Positions 24,458 to 38,533 are shown, counted from the stretch's first letter. The stretch is DNA of 64,000 nt from Octopus vulgaris (GCA_951406725.2 OX597836.1:32116001-32180000); one strand, 5' to 3'. Numbers and translations are program-made. The notes: generated by a model from the letters alone, not told the origin.

Positions 24458-24888
24458 TGGTGAGCTGGCAGAAACGTTAGCACACCAGGGGAAATGCTTA
24501 GCGGTATTTCGTCTGCCGCTACATTCTGAGTTCAAATTCCGCCAAGGTCAACTTAGTCTTTCATCCTTACGGGGTCGATTAAATAAGTACCAGTTACTCA
24601 CTGGGGTCAATGTAAACAACTTAATCCCTTTGTCTGTCCTTGTTTGTCCCCTCTTTGTTTGTCCCCTTGTGGGCAATAAAGAAATAAGAAATGTTAGCAC
24701 AGCAGGTGAAACACTTAGTGGTATTTCATCTGTCTTTACATTCTGAGTTCAAATTCTGCTGAGGTTAAATTTGTTTTTCATCCTTTTGGGGCCAATAAAT
24801 TAAGTGACAGTTGTGTGCTGGAGTCAATCTATCGACTGGTCCCCTCCCAAAAAGTTTCAGGCCGTGTGCCGAAAGTAGAAAAGAATAT
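24458..24888 (+). mobile_element. Two tandem Meta-domain SINEs with different 3' tails
   Basis: First ends GGGCAATAAAGAAATAAG; second ends GTGCCGAAAGTAGAAAAGAATATT. Confidence 0.85.
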
Positions 24889-26087
24889 TTTTCACCATAG
24901 CCAGACTTGCTTTTCATGGAGGACTGGAAAAGAACAACATTATTTGTATGATGGTGATACTCATTTACAGCCATCACAAGATGACAAGACAAGGGTACAC
25001 TCAAACACACATGCACTCATGTATGCATGCACACATACGCACACACTCACATACACACACACCTGTGTATGTGTGTGTGAATATGCACACACATATACAT
25101 GCACAATGAAGGAAAAATAAAGACTGAAGAGATGCAGGCAAATAAAAAAGTAAAGAAAGCAACACTCTTTCAAAGTTTATTTGGGATCTCAAAAAGTGGA
25201 ATGTCAACCACTCTATTTCATGGATCTATCATAGGTAGTACCCTTCCTTACAGAAGAGGTAGTGAGGACTGTAATTTGTATTCAGTGGAGGCACTCAAAA
25301 TAGTCAGTTGTAAATACAGCTTAATTAAACCAGCGTAATGAGTTTATTAATTAGTTGTTCTCACTTATTAAGCAAAACATTCTTAAAATTTCGGTCCTAA
25401 AGTCCCACATAATTAAATTCCCTAGTTATAAATAAGATTAATGCCTGCCTTTTCTTCTAATAGATTCTCCCTCTTCTATCTTAAAATATCTATTATGTAA
25501 TATATCAAGTACTCTTTTCCTAACTAAATTTGGTTCAATTTTAATTCATTTTATTATAATTGAATTCACCTTAACTGCATTAAGCTACTTAATATTTATT
25601 GGACACACTAAAGAGGCAGATGATCTATTTGTTTTACATACATTTATTGTACACCCTGTTCACCATCTCCATTCTTTACCTTCTTTAGTTACTTTAAATT
25701 ACTGCTCTCCCACAGATTCACCAGCAAATAAATATGTTAGACAGCAATAGCCCTCCCAGCACTTTGTTATTACAGAGTAGCATACTCCTGTATTTCATGG
25801 CATCTTCACCCCCCAGGATTGTGAATCCGGCAAGGATTTAATCGATCAAAGTTGGGGATTTGACATGTCTGTTATTTACGATCCCACTTCTATGAAGTAT
25901 GAATCTAGAAGGATTTTGAAATTCTATCACAATGGCTTTTTTTTTTATTTTTAAGTTCTAAAGAAAAAGATTGAGGGTTAACTGCTCCATTAATTATTTG
26001 ACTGATTGATTTATTGTGCACACAAGCAATTGTGTAGTAAGGAAACAGGTCCTCGAGCTATTTAAAACATTCATAACAGAGAATCAT

Positions 26088-26091
26088 TCAC

Positions 26092-26127
<36 letters not shown>

Positions 26128-26782
26128 TATTGTCATCGTTACCATTGTCATCGTCATCATCATCAGCAGCAGCATCATCACTATTGTCATTGTTGTTGTC
26201 ATCATCATTATTATCATCATAAAAATCAGCATCACCACCATTGTCATCATCATTATCATCGTTGTTGTTGTTGTCACCATCATCATCATCATCATTACCA
26301 TTGTCATCATGACGATGATTATGATGTAGAGGAGGATGAGGGAGATGAAGATGATGATAATGAGGATGAGGATGATGATGATGATGATGATGAGGAGGAG
26401 GAGGAGGAGGAGGAGTAGGAAGAAGATGGTGAGGAGGATGAAGAGGAAAATGATGATGATGATAATAATGATGAGAATGATGATGCTGATTATGATGTCA
26501 ACGATGATGATGATGAGGAGGAGGGGGAGGATGGAAATGATGATGATGATGAGAATGATGAGAATGATGAGAATGATTATGATGACAAGTATGATGATGA
26601 TCAGGAGGAGAAGGAGGAGGAAGAGGAGGGGAGGAGGATGGAAATAATGATGATGATGATAATGATGAGAATGAAGATGATTATGATGACAAGGATGGTG
26701 ATAATGATGAGGATTATGATGATGAGGATGATGATGATGAGGAAGAGGAGGAGGATAATGATGATGATGATGATGTTGATGA

Positions 26783-26785
<3 letters not shown>
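26088..26785. repeat. (CAT)n switching to (GAT/GAG)n degenerate trinucleotide tract
   Basis: Directly visible. Confidence 0.9.
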
Positions 26786-26819
<34 letters not shown>

Positions 26820-26848
26820 CAACCCATGCCTGCATGGCAAGCAGATAT

Positions 26849-26891
<43 letters not shown>

Positions 26892-27039
26892 GCACTTACT
26901 CATATGCTGTTGTTTCATAAACTGCTGCCTACTGACTGCAATGCAACAGAATCCAACAAGATTTTAATTTATTACATTAGTTTGAGCGCTGATTTCCTGT
27001 GTCTTCCCTTTTAACCTTATTAAGAATATTAACGATGAG

Positions 27040-27138
27040 GATAATAATGTTAATAATAATAGTAATAATAATAGTAACAACAGCAACAATAATAAGAGAA
27101 TAACAAAAAAAATGATAATGGCAACAATAATAATAAAG

Positions 27139-27197
<59 letters not shown>

Positions 27198-27231
27198 CAT
27201 AATAATAATAATTATGATAATGGGAATAATA

Positions 27232-27294
<63 letters not shown>

Positions 27295-27415
27295 TATGAT
27301 AATGGCAATAATAACAATAACAATGATGATGACAATAATAATAATGATAATAATAATAAGTATGATAATGGCAATAATAACAATGTTAATAATAATGATG
27401 ATAATAATAATAATC

Positions 27416-27446
<31 letters not shown>

Positions 27447-27573
27447 TGATGATAATAATAATAATAATGATAATAATAATAATATTAATAATAATAATAA
27501 AATAACAACTATGATAATGGCAATAGTAACAATAATAATAACAACAACAACAACAACAACAATAATAATAATG

Positions 27574-27604
<31 letters not shown>

Positions 27605-27642
27605 TAATAATAATTATAATAATAATAATAATAATAATGATG

Positions 27643-27695
<53 letters not shown>
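27040..27695. repeat. Degenerate (TAA)n microsatellite
   Basis: Directly visible. Confidence 0.95.
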
Positions 27696-27920
27696 CCTTT
27701 CTGCTGTTGGCACAAGGCCTGAAATTTAGAGCAGGGATAAGTCGATTACATTGACTCCAGTGTGTAGCTGGTACTTATGTAATTAACCCTGAAAGGATGA
27801 AAGGCAAATTTAAGCTCAGCAGAATTTGAACTCAGAACGTAAGGACATCCGAAATACCACTAATCAGTTTGCCAGGCGTGATAACGATTCTGCCAACTCA
27901 CCTCCTTGATGATGATGATG

Positions 27921-27982
<62 letters not shown>

Positions 27983-28199
27983 CCTGTCTACTATGGGAAC
28001 AAGGCCTGAAATTTGGAGAAGGGGACAAATTGATTACATCACCCACCCCCCCAGTGTTTCATTGGTACTTACTTTATCAACTCCGAAAGGATGAAAGGTA
28101 AAGTTGACCTTGGTGGAATTTGAACACAGAATGTGGAGACAGAGAAAATGCTGTTAAGTATTTTGCCTGGCGTGCTAACAATTCTGCCAGCTTGCTGCC

Positions 28200-28201
<2 letters not shown>
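27696..28201 (-). mobile_element. Two Meta-domain SINEs separated by (TAA)n
   Basis: Family match; a third copy lies at ~28762-28975. Confidence 0.85.
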
Positions 28202-28266
<65 letters not shown>

Positions 28267-28269
28267 TAA

Positions 28270-28667
28270 TAAGAGACCATGAAGAAAAAAAATGCTTTCT
28301 AATTGATGTATCAATACCGGCAGATGACAACGTGTCTCTAAAAGAAATGGAGAAACTTTCAAAATACAAAGACCTGGAAATAGAGATAACCAGAATGTGG
28401 AATCTAAAAACAGAAACAATTCCTATCATAGTAGGTGCATTAGGCATGATAAAAAAATATTCAGACAAATACATAACAAAAACACCAGGACTTACAAACA
28501 CATAACATACAGAAAATTGCACTACTAAGCACTGCACACATCCTACGCAGAACACTTTCCATACAATAACCATCAGAGCATCACAACAAATCACAGCATA
28601 TACCTAAGGCACACAGAGCTGCGCTCGGTAGTGAAGCGAAAGCACGCTATAAAAATAAAACTACTGA
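28270..28667 (+). mobile_element. R4/Dong-clade 3' fragment
   Basis: RDHEEKKCFLIDVSIPADDNVSLKEMEKLSKYKDLEIEITRMWNLKTETIPIIVGALGMIKK.../NIQKIALLSTAHILRRTLSIQ* plus 3' UTR; flanked by (TAA)n. Confidence 0.9.
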
Positions 28668-28676
28668 ATAATAATG

Positions 28677-28710
<34 letters not shown>

Positions 28711-28720
28711 CAACAACAAT

Positions 28721-28762
<42 letters not shown>

Positions 28763-29123
28763 CCTTTCTACTAAAGTCACAAGACCTGAAATTCGGCAGG
28801 AGGGGTCTAGTCGATTACATTGACCCCAGTGTTTTGCTGGTACTTAATTTATCAACCCCGAAAGAATGAAAGGCAAATTTGACCTCAGCAGAATTTGAAC
28901 TCAGAACGTAGCAATGGGCGAAATACCGCTAAGCATTTCATCCACTGTGCTAACAATTCTGCCAGCTCACCAACTTTTAAATAATAGTTATAATAATAGT
29001 AATAATAATAATAATAATAATAATTGTAAATACAGTAATAACGATGGTCATGATAATAACGATAATAACAATAATTATACAAATGACAATAATAATAAGA
29101 AGAAGAATCACAATAATGATCAT

Positions 29124-29249
29124 GATCCTACATAAAAAATTTTCACTACTGTGAGAATAATAACACCACAACAAACTACAGTGCATACCCAAGGCACACA
29201 GAGCTGCGCTCAGTAGTGCAGTGAAAGCATGTGATAAAAAAAAAGACTA

Positions 29250-29253
<4 letters not shown>
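29124..29253 (+). mobile_element. R4/Dong-clade extreme 3' remnant
   Basis: 3' UTR homologous to 28560-28667; followed by ~540 bp of degenerate (TAA)n. Confidence 0.75.
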
Positions 29254-29284
<31 letters not shown>

Positions 29285-29349
29285 TGATAATAATAATAAT
29301 AATAATAACAATAATAATAACAATAATAATAATAAGAAGAATAGTAGTA

Positions 29350-29392
<43 letters not shown>

Positions 29393-29451
29393 TAATAATA
29401 ATAAGAAGAATAGTAGTAGTAATAATAATAATAATGATAATAATAATAATG

Positions 29452-29491
<40 letters not shown>

Positions 29492-29529
29492 CAACAATAA
29501 TAATAAGAAGAAGAATAGTAGTAGTAGTA

Positions 29530-29619
<90 letters not shown>

Positions 29620-29726
29620 GTAATAATAATAATAATAATAATGATAATAATAATAATAATAATAACAATAATAATAAGAAGAAGAATAGTAGTAGTAGTA
29701 ATAATAATAACAATAATAATAATAAT

Positions 29727-29789
<63 letters not shown>

Positions 29790-30271
29790 CAGTGCAGCAG
29801 CAACAAAAATACAAAATATACAAGTGGAATTCTATGAAGCAGTATGCAGTTAGTGAATACAATTTCTAGACAAGATGGGAGGATGTTAGAATTATAATAT
29901 TTAATCAAGCACTTGCGTTCGTATACTCCTCATTATTTTTTTTTGTATTCGTTATGTGTGATGTTTTTTCGGGTGTTTTTTTTCTTCTTGTTTTTTATTT
30001 TTTTGGGGGTTTTGTTTTCCAATCAAGAATAAGTTAACTGGGTTAGCAAAATTGATTTTCTCACAACTGCTGCTTCCTTATCTTTAACAATTGTCACGCT
30101 GGTGCCTTTTGTCTTAGTGCAAGAGCGGGTGCAGGTACAGCCCTAGTTTGTTAAACAGTTTGCTTGGCAACCACTTGGTGGGTTTCTGGGTTCTGTCCCA
30201 CTGCGTGGTACCTCCGTATGGAAAGTGTTTTCTACCATAGCCAGAGGTCAAACAGAGTTTGTCAATAAAAT

Positions 30272-30775
30272 ATGGTGACAGTGGTGGTAATAGATAGTGA
30301 TAGTGGTGTTCGTGGTAATGGTGGTAGTAGCAGCAGTAGAGGTGGGGTTCATGGTAGTGGTAGCAGTGGTGGTAATGGTGGTGGTGATGATGGTGGAAGT
30401 GGCGGTGGTGGTGATGGTGGAAATGGTGGTGATGGTAGTAGTGGTGGTGATGGTAGTAGTGGTGGTAGTAGTGGTGGCGGCAGTAGTGGTTCTGGTGGGG
30501 TAGTGATGGTGGTGGCAGTAGAACTGGTGATGGGGGTGGCGGTGGTGGTGGTGGTGGTGGGTAGAATGATGGGGTGGTGGCTGTGGTTTTGACAGGGTGG
30601 TGCTGGTGGTGAGTTAATGGTAATATTAGCAGTGATGATACTGGTGGTATAGGTGGTAGTAGTTATAGCTGTGGTAGTGATATTGCTGGTGATGGTGATG
30701 GTGATGGCAGTGATGGTGGTGAGGTGGTAGTGGTATGGGAGTGGTGGTAGTGGTGTTGTTGCTATCGTTGTTGTT
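30272..30775. repeat. Degenerate (GGT)n microsatellite
   Basis: Directly visible. Confidence 0.9.
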
Positions 30776-31171
30776 CTACTCTCAGCTCAGATTCATAACA
30801 AAAGCCAATTCTAGTCATGATCATCTGTGCTTTTAAACATAGTTTATAAGCATTAAATCTCAATCCGTCTCCCTCTGACCCAATGGACTACAGGATTAAT
30901 TTAACTGTTCAATAACACTGAGTCTCAAATCCCAGTTGAATAATTTCCCATATTGTCTGAGTGTATAGTGTTAGATTTGGAAAGGAACTATGACAAGATT
31001 ATATCGTGATACTACAAGAGGATCCGTCCATCTTTTCACTTTCAACCACTATTTCTGGAAAAGTTATGGGAGTAGAAACCTCAGGCACCTCCTTCATAGG
31101 ATCCTGTCAAAAGCATTCATCAGGTTTGGGGTTAGATTCCTAATCTTGACCAAATGAAACTATGGATTTTA

Positions 31172-31836
31172 CACTGTGTAACATGATTTTGTCCTTTGGT
31201 AGCAGCTGCTATTTACTATTTGTTTATCCCTAGAAAGTATGAAAAATTGGAAATATTTCCTTCAAACTTTGCTTTTGTTATGATATTTATTCAAACCCCA
31301 AAGAAACCCTCTCAACACATGGCTATGATGCTACCCTGCTATTCCTGCCCACCGTGTAACCCAATTTTTATCCTTGGGTAGCAACTGTTATTTTCTATTT
31401 GCTTATCCCTAGAAAGTATGAAAAATGACTAAAATTTCCTTCAAACTTTACTTTTGCTACAATATTTATTCAAACCCCAAAGAATCCCTTTCAACACATG
31501 GCTATGATGCTCCCCTGCTACTCCTGCTCATGATCAGATATGCACATAATGTCAGCCATTAAGGGACATACTCAAGCGGTTAAGGTCAAGCAACTGACAA
31601 GCAAATCTGTGATATTGAGCAGAATATTTGCTATAATGATATTTCTGCTTCAGCAACTCAGCACTGAGTCTGTCTGAAATGTAGTGGAAAATAGGTCAAT
31701 TTCAAAACATTGAAGTCCAAGTCGCAAAAGCAAAGTTTGAAGGGAATAGTAGTCATTTCCTTTGATTTCTAGATAAAAGTAAATAGGAAATAATTCCGAC
31801 CAAAGACAAAAGATAATTAAAATTGTGTTACACAGT
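31172..31836. mobile_element. Chapaev3-like non-autonomous DNA transposon with duplicated left end
   Basis: TTA|CACTGTGTAACA ... TGTTACACAG(T)TA termini; subterminal inverted repeat (TTCAAACTTTGCTTTTG / CAAAAGCAAAGTTTGAA); ~179-bp tandem duplication (31176-31354 vs 31355-31530). Confidence 0.65.
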
Positions 31837-32084
31837 TATCCAGTCATCTTGTTTTTGGTCAGTCCCTATGTTTCCTGCTGGTTGGCTTGTTTGAAAAATC
31901 CATCTTGTTTGATGAATCCACATGCTTGTAGTACTGTAGCTGTGACCTCTCAAAATGAAGAAGCAGCGGCTTGACAAATAGAGACCTCCTGATCTCTAAG
32001 TTATACAGTACATCTTGTGGGGTAATGTTGCCCTGTTGAGTAAGTTACATACATACACAAATGCACAAGCATGCACACACACAC

Positions 32085-32310
32085 TTGGTGTAGGCCAAAA
32101 TATAGACAAATGGATGAAGGAGACTGGAATAAAGTACCTGGTAGAGCTCCCACAAAAAGTTTGTCTCTTAGGGACAGCAAGGATAATCTGGAGGATTCTA
32201 AGCACTTGAAAGACTGCTGAAAACTTGTGGATACCTAAGGTTACAGGTAGTAATCCGCTACCCACATAAATCTTACCAGGAATAAGAATGAACCTCAGTT
32301 AATTCAAATA
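32085..32310 (+). mobile_element. R4/Dong-like 3' fragment, different subfamily
   Basis: LGVGQNIDKWMKETGIKYLVELPQKVCLLGTARIIWRILST* plus 3' UTR running into TAA/(TGA)n. Confidence 0.7.
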
Positions 32311-33359
32311 ATGATGATGATGATGATGATGATGACAATGACGACGACGATGACAACAACAGCGATGACAACGACGACGACGACGGTGATGACGATGACG
32401 ATGGCGATGACGCCGCCGGCGATGATGACGATGACAATGCTCATGAGGAGGATGATGATGATCATCATCATCTTCATAATTGCTCAATCAGTGAACAACC
32501 TGTTCATGAAATTATAATGTAATGTAAGTGGCTGTGTATTCCATAGACAAGTGTACCATTGCCATAATCCACAAGCAGAATCAATAAGTCAAGGACCTTT
32601 GATTCGATTTACAAGAGCAATCCATCCAAGGGGCAATTTACATTTTCTCTCCACTTGATTTCATTGCCAAGTTTAAGGGCAACTCATATCATATGGTAGC
32701 AGACATTTTGCCCCCAAAATGTTACACAACGGGATTGAACCCAAAACAGCATGATTGTAAAGCAAAACTACTTGACCATTCAGCCATGCTGTTTCCACTT
32801 AAATACTATAATTATTGTATTATCACACTTCACACTGGAGCTACCAGGGCAGTAGCTCACAAATCAAACTTAATTAAAATCACAATTCTTTATCTCATAT
32901 ATTTTGTTCCATACTTTATTGTCTGAATTTTTTAACCTCTTTCCTTCTATTTTCTTCTACTTCCCTTATTTCTTTTTCTTTCATTATTTTCTTTCTTAAT
33001 TCTTTACCATTACATAATTTTTCTTTTTGTTATGCTTCCATTATTTTATTTTCTCTTTTCTGTCTTTATTTTTTTTTGCTTTTTCATTCGGTTGTCTTTT
33101 TCTTTTCTCTTTCATTTGCTTTTTATGTTTTTGTCCTTTTTTTTTTGTTGTTCCTTTTTCTCTTCTGCTTTCTCTTTTTCTTCTTTCTTTCTTTTATTTC
33201 CGTCTCCTATTTCTATGGCATTACTGATATTTCTTTTACCTAGAGACGAAGAGAGGTGTCAATCTTCTTTAATTCCAAATGTAAACAAGAGGAGAACTAT
33301 TTCAATTCTGTATCTCAATGATGACGATGATGATGATAAACATAATAACAATAATACTA

Positions 33360-33383
33360 TACACACATATGTAACCATGTTAT

Positions 33384-33446
<63 letters not shown>

Positions 33447-33535
33447 CATATATATATATGTATATATATATATATACATACACACATATATATATAATGT
33501 AAAATAATATTATGTAATATATATATATATATGTA

Positions 33536-33591
<56 letters not shown>

Positions 33592-33620
33592 TGTATAATA
33601 CACACACACATGGTATATAT
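33360..33620. repeat. (TA)n microsatellite
   Basis: Directly visible. Confidence 0.95.
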
Positions 33621-33997
33621 AATACTAACATGATATATAAAAAAACATAACATAATGACCACACTTAATCACTTTTATTGATAAATTTTTACAACAATTT
33701 CTTGACAAACTGCCAGGATTTTCAGTAATTTTAAACATTATTTTTCAGATGTACCATTAGTTATATGTCTCTCTAGTAAAAACCATTAATGCATTATACT
33801 TTTAAGAGACATATCACTTGAGGGGGAGAAAAAATGGTAAGGAATTGGGTGGGTGAAATAAAAGCTTCATTTATTGGTAATTATAACAATTATTTTCCTA
33901 GTTTTCCCAGCGGCAGATTCCTTAATATTCAAAATTTATTATTTTTATTGCTGTAATTATGATGGTGATCATTATTCTCTCAAAAAAAACAAACAAT

Positions 33998-34094
33998 TCT
34001 TCTTCTTCTTCTTCTTCTTCTTCTTCTTCTTCTTCTTCTTCTTCTTCTTCTTCTTCTTCTTCTTCTTCTTCTTCTTCTTCTTCTTCTTCTTCTT

Positions 34095-34125
<31 letters not shown>

Positions 34126-34347
34126 TTATTATTATTATTATTCTCCTCCTTCTCCTTCTTCTTCTTCTTCTTCTTCTCCTCCTCCCTTCTCCTTCTTCTT
34201 CTTCTTCTTCTCCTCCTCCTCCTCCTCCTTCTTCTTCTTCTTCTTCTTCTTCTTCTTCTTCTTCTTCTTCTTCTTCTTCTTCTTCTTCTTCTTCTTCTTC
34301 TTCTTCTTCTTCTTCTTCTTCTTCTTCTTCTTCTCCTTCTTCTTCTT
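33998..34347. repeat. (CTT)n microsatellite
   Basis: Directly visible. Confidence 0.95.
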
Positions 34348-34827
34348 ACCACTAACACTTCTAGTGTGACAATGTTTACTTTCTTCTTATTATTATTCCT
34401 TCACAACATATTACGTTTCAAGCTTTACCGAAATTAAATTTCCTTTGCAATAATAAAAAAGAACTGTAATTGCCTAAGGAAAGGCAGCTCTTAATACTTA
34501 GAGGTAGACAAGAGAAAAATCAGAGCTTCATTTCACAAGCTTTTAAAACTTTATATTCACACTGTAAATTATTATCATACTTAATTGTGTCATGTGACAA
34601 ACACACAGCTAAATGTAAAGAGGAAGGAAAAAAATTAATGATATTATGAATAATTAATAGAAGAAAATGTACCAACAACTCAAATAAGTAATTTGGATGA
34701 GAGTGACAATAACAACAACAACAACAGCAGTATCAATTCTTACATAGTTCTTATTACTTAAGTCCATTCATATAGCAGCTGTATGAAGACAAACCTTCCC
34801 TTAATATTGATTAAAACTTTCCTTTAA

Positions 34828-35535
34828 TATTCTTTTCTACTCTAGGCACAAGCTCCAAAATTTCTGGGGAGGTGGCCAGTCGATTAGATTGACCCCAGTA
34901 TGCAACAGGTGCTTAATTTATTGACTCCGAAAGGATGAAAGGCAAAGTCGACTTCAAGGGAATTTGAACTCAGAATATAAAGACAGACGAAATACTGCTA
35001 AGCATTTTTCCCCGCGTGCTGTTTCTCCCAGCTCACTGCCTTACCTTCCCTTAATATACTTTTTTACTCTAGGCACAAGGTCCAAAATTTTGGGGGAAGG
35101 GCCAGTCGATTAGATCACCTCCAGTATGAAACTGGTACTTAATTTATCGGGCATTTCATATGTCTTCACATTCTGAGTCAAATTCTGCTGAGATTGACTT
35201 TGCTTTTCATCCTTCCAGGGATAGTTAAAATAAGTACCAGTTGAGCCATGGTGTCGATGTAACCTAGTTACCCTCTTGCCTGAAATTACTGGCCATGTAC
35301 TAAAATTTGCTTTCCATCCTTCCAGGGGTCATTAAAATAAGTACCAGTTGAGCCCTGGGGTCAATGTAACAGAGTTACTCACTCACTTGAAATTACTGGC
35401 CATGTACTAAAATTTGCTTTTTATCCTTGTAGGGGTTGTTAAAATAAGTACCAGCTGAGCCCTGGGGTCAATGTAACAGAGTTACCCCCTTGATCAAAAT
35501 TACTGGCCATGTACTAAAATTTGAAATCAATATTA
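34828..35535. mobile_element. Meta-domain SINE cluster: two minus copies plus a plus copy whose 3' 107 bp is triplicated
   Basis: TTTGC unit starts at 35199, 35306 and 35413. Confidence 0.8.
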
Positions 35536-36750
35536 AATAAACAGAGAGAATTTCAGAACCTATCACAGTTACAAGAAAAAAGATTACTGATGGGAGAATT
35601 TTTGAAACTTACCAGCACTTCTTTGCCATGAGAGGTAATTCATCCCTGCCTCCAAACACACAGAAGTGGTTTCAATTTCCCCTCACATCAATAAATGCAA
35701 TAATTCCTCTTAGGAAGGATATCCAGCCATAGAAATCAAGCCAAATCAGGTTGGAACCTGGTATACCTTTCCAGCTTGCCAGCTCTGGTCAAACTGTCTG
35801 ATCCATGCTAGCATGAAAAACTGACGTTAAATGATGATGAAGATGGTGGTGATGATGATGATGGTGATGATGATGATGGTGATGATGATGATGGTGATGA
35901 TGATGGTGGTGGTGATGATGATGATTGTGGTGGTGGTGGTGGTGGTGGTGGTGGTGGTGGCGGTGGTGGTGGTGGTGGCGGTGGTGGTGGTGGTGGTGGC
36001 AGTGGTGGTGGTGGTGATGTTGGTGATAACACCAAAAAACCTGAGAGCCATACCAGGACTGTGTCTTGTAGAATGTGGTATTCAATTAATGATAAAGATT
36101 AGAAACGCAAGTTGTTATATTTTTGGGAGCGGAAAGTAATTTTAGAGCTGATTGCTTGGAAGAACTGGAAATATAATAGTCAACAGCAGCTATTTAAGAA
36201 GAGCAATAAATGCCAGCTTCCAAAGCATCACCAACCAAAACTCTGGAGATAACGAAAAAAATATCTTTAGGCTAAGTATCACAGGTAGATGAGCAAGTAG
36301 CTTATTCCCTAATGGAATCAACTTGTAGTATTACAATTACGTTGTGCAATGAGGAAGGAATACTTACAGAAGAAAATTCCTAAATGCTCAATGAAAATAC
36401 AAAAGGAGAGAAAAGGAAACAAATTGCAGGAAAAGAACACTCAGCATAAAACAATGAAAACAAATGGGGAAAAAAGGACTTCTTCAAATTGACACAAAAA
36501 ATCCCTTCTCAGATAAACAACAAAGTGAAGAGAACTAAGATTATTAAGATACATCATTCTTTGAATATCTAACAAACAATTTACAAACAAAATTATATAT
36601 CTCTGGTGCCACAGCTCTTTCAAAGGAGTTGTGCAAGAGAGATTACTATTAAGATATTGAGACATTACACAGAACTTAAAGTGTTCAGGAACCCATACTA
36701 TATGTTGGTGATATTTTTTGTACTTTAAATTGAATAAAATTGATCAATTA

Positions 36751-36923
36751 GGAGTGGCTGTGTGGAAAGTAGCTTGCTTACCAACCACATGCTTCCGGGT
36801 TCAGTTCCACTGCGTGGCACCTTGGGTAAGTGTCTTCTATTATAGCCTCGGGCCGACCAAAGCATTATGAGTGAATTTGGTAGATGGAAACTGAAAGAAG
36901 CCCGTCGTATATATGTGTGTATG

Positions 36924-36968
<45 letters not shown>

Positions 36969-37175
36969 TTGTGTCTGTGTTTGTCCCTCCAACATTGCTT
37001 GACAACCGATGCTGGTGTGTTTACATCCCTGTAACTTAGCAGTTCGGCCAAAGCGACCGATAGAATAAGTACTAGGCTTGCAAAGAATAAGTCTTAGGGT
37101 CGATTTGCTTGTCTAAAGGCGGTGCTCCAGCATGGCCACAGTCAAATGACTGAAACAAGTAAAAGAGTAATTAAA
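36751..37175 (+). mobile_element. CORE-type SINE, full length
   Basis: A box TGGCTGTGTGG, B box GGTTCAGTTCC, CORE-like GGCACCTTGGGTAAGTGTCTT, internal (TA)/(TG) tract, GTAAAAGA tail. Confidence 0.9.
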
Positions 37176-37222
37176 AGAATTCTGATCATACATGCTTTAA
37201 TAAGAAATATATTTGTCGTTAA

Positions 37223-37498
37223 AGGTATCAATTCTCACACCTGCACAAAAGCAATCAACACAAATTACAGTCTTTATATATATAACAAAATTGGTGCATA
37301 TCACAACACATCAGTTTCAAAAGAGCTAATGCAAGCAATGAGAGCATTTCGTCATTTGCTTCAGTGGATGTTGGCTTTCATTTGTCATTTGAAGATTCAT
37401 CTTTTGATGATATCAACGATGAAGATGTCCAAACTATTGCACCATATCGATTTGATCCAGAAGCATCAGATTTGGAAGAATCCAATTCCTCAGTACAA
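37223..37498 (+). mobile_element. Possible Kolobok-type transposon end with accessory-ORF N-terminus
   Basis: TTAA|AGG start; open frame 37325-37498 ANASNESISSFASVDVGFHLSFEDSSFDDINDEDVQTIAPYRFDPEASDLEESNSSVQ, truncated by a SINE. Confidence 0.4.
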
Positions 37499-38533
37499 GC
37501 TTTGGCCGGCCCGAGGCTATAGTAAAAGACACTTGCCCAAGGTGCCATGCAGTGGGACTGAACCTGGAACCATGTGGTTCATAAGCAAGCTATTTACCAC
37601 ACAGCCACTCCTATATATATATATTTGGGCAAGTGTCTTTTACTATAGCCTCGGGCCGACCAAAGCTTGTACTGAGATAAATTAGAGGTTTTATCTCTAA
37701 TTTAATTTCTCTCTCTCTATATATATATATATATTGCGGGCTTCTTTCAATTTTCATTTACCAAATCCACTCCAAAGGCTTTGGTCAGCCTGAGACTATA
37801 GTAGAAACACTTGCCCAAAGCGCCATGCAATAAAACTGAACCCAGAACCATGTGTTTGGAATGTGAACATCTTACAAAACAGCTGCACCTACACCTATCA
37901 TGATAAATAGTTTGATACATCCCACTCTAGGCTTTTCATTTACTTTTGATATTTTTTTTAATTACCCAAGCTAGACAGGAGAGTATCTTTCATATGCTTT
38001 TTAAGTCACTTTAATGATAATAACTACTTTGATACCGACTATAATTATTATATTTTATAAGGTCAAATCACAGGCTAATGTTGTTGCTGAACTTAAACAA
38101 CAAAATAATATTTGTTTACTGCTTGATTTAAAACTGTTTACAAATTTTTATCACTAATGAATATGTAGTTATTGAAGAAATTTATTACTCAATTAAATAT
38201 GAGATAAAAAAACATACGTAGAAATCTGTACTTTTGATTGATTTTTATTCCTTGAAATGATGAGAAAAATTCTAATGTTTGCAGTAGTTTTGATGTTTTG
38301 TATATATACAAGAAGTACTAAATACTGTCATGGTAATTTATCACGAAGACGAAGTTTCTGGTATGTTTTATCAATTAAATGTTTTAAACGTTCGGTTTTA
38401 TGCTATATTCGCAAATTTTCACTCAAACATTGGATAAAGAAAATAATCTTGTGCAATTAACAAGATTTAATTATATTTTCATGTGTGATTGACTGGTCAA
38501 TTTTTACACTGATTAAATGTTTCGTCATTTGAA

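Noticed and set aside
36751-36825. tRNA genes at SINE heads (also 47900-47977, 53149-53225, 60797-60875)
   Set aside because: A/B boxes are present, but they run into SINE bodies and do not form complete cloverleaves.
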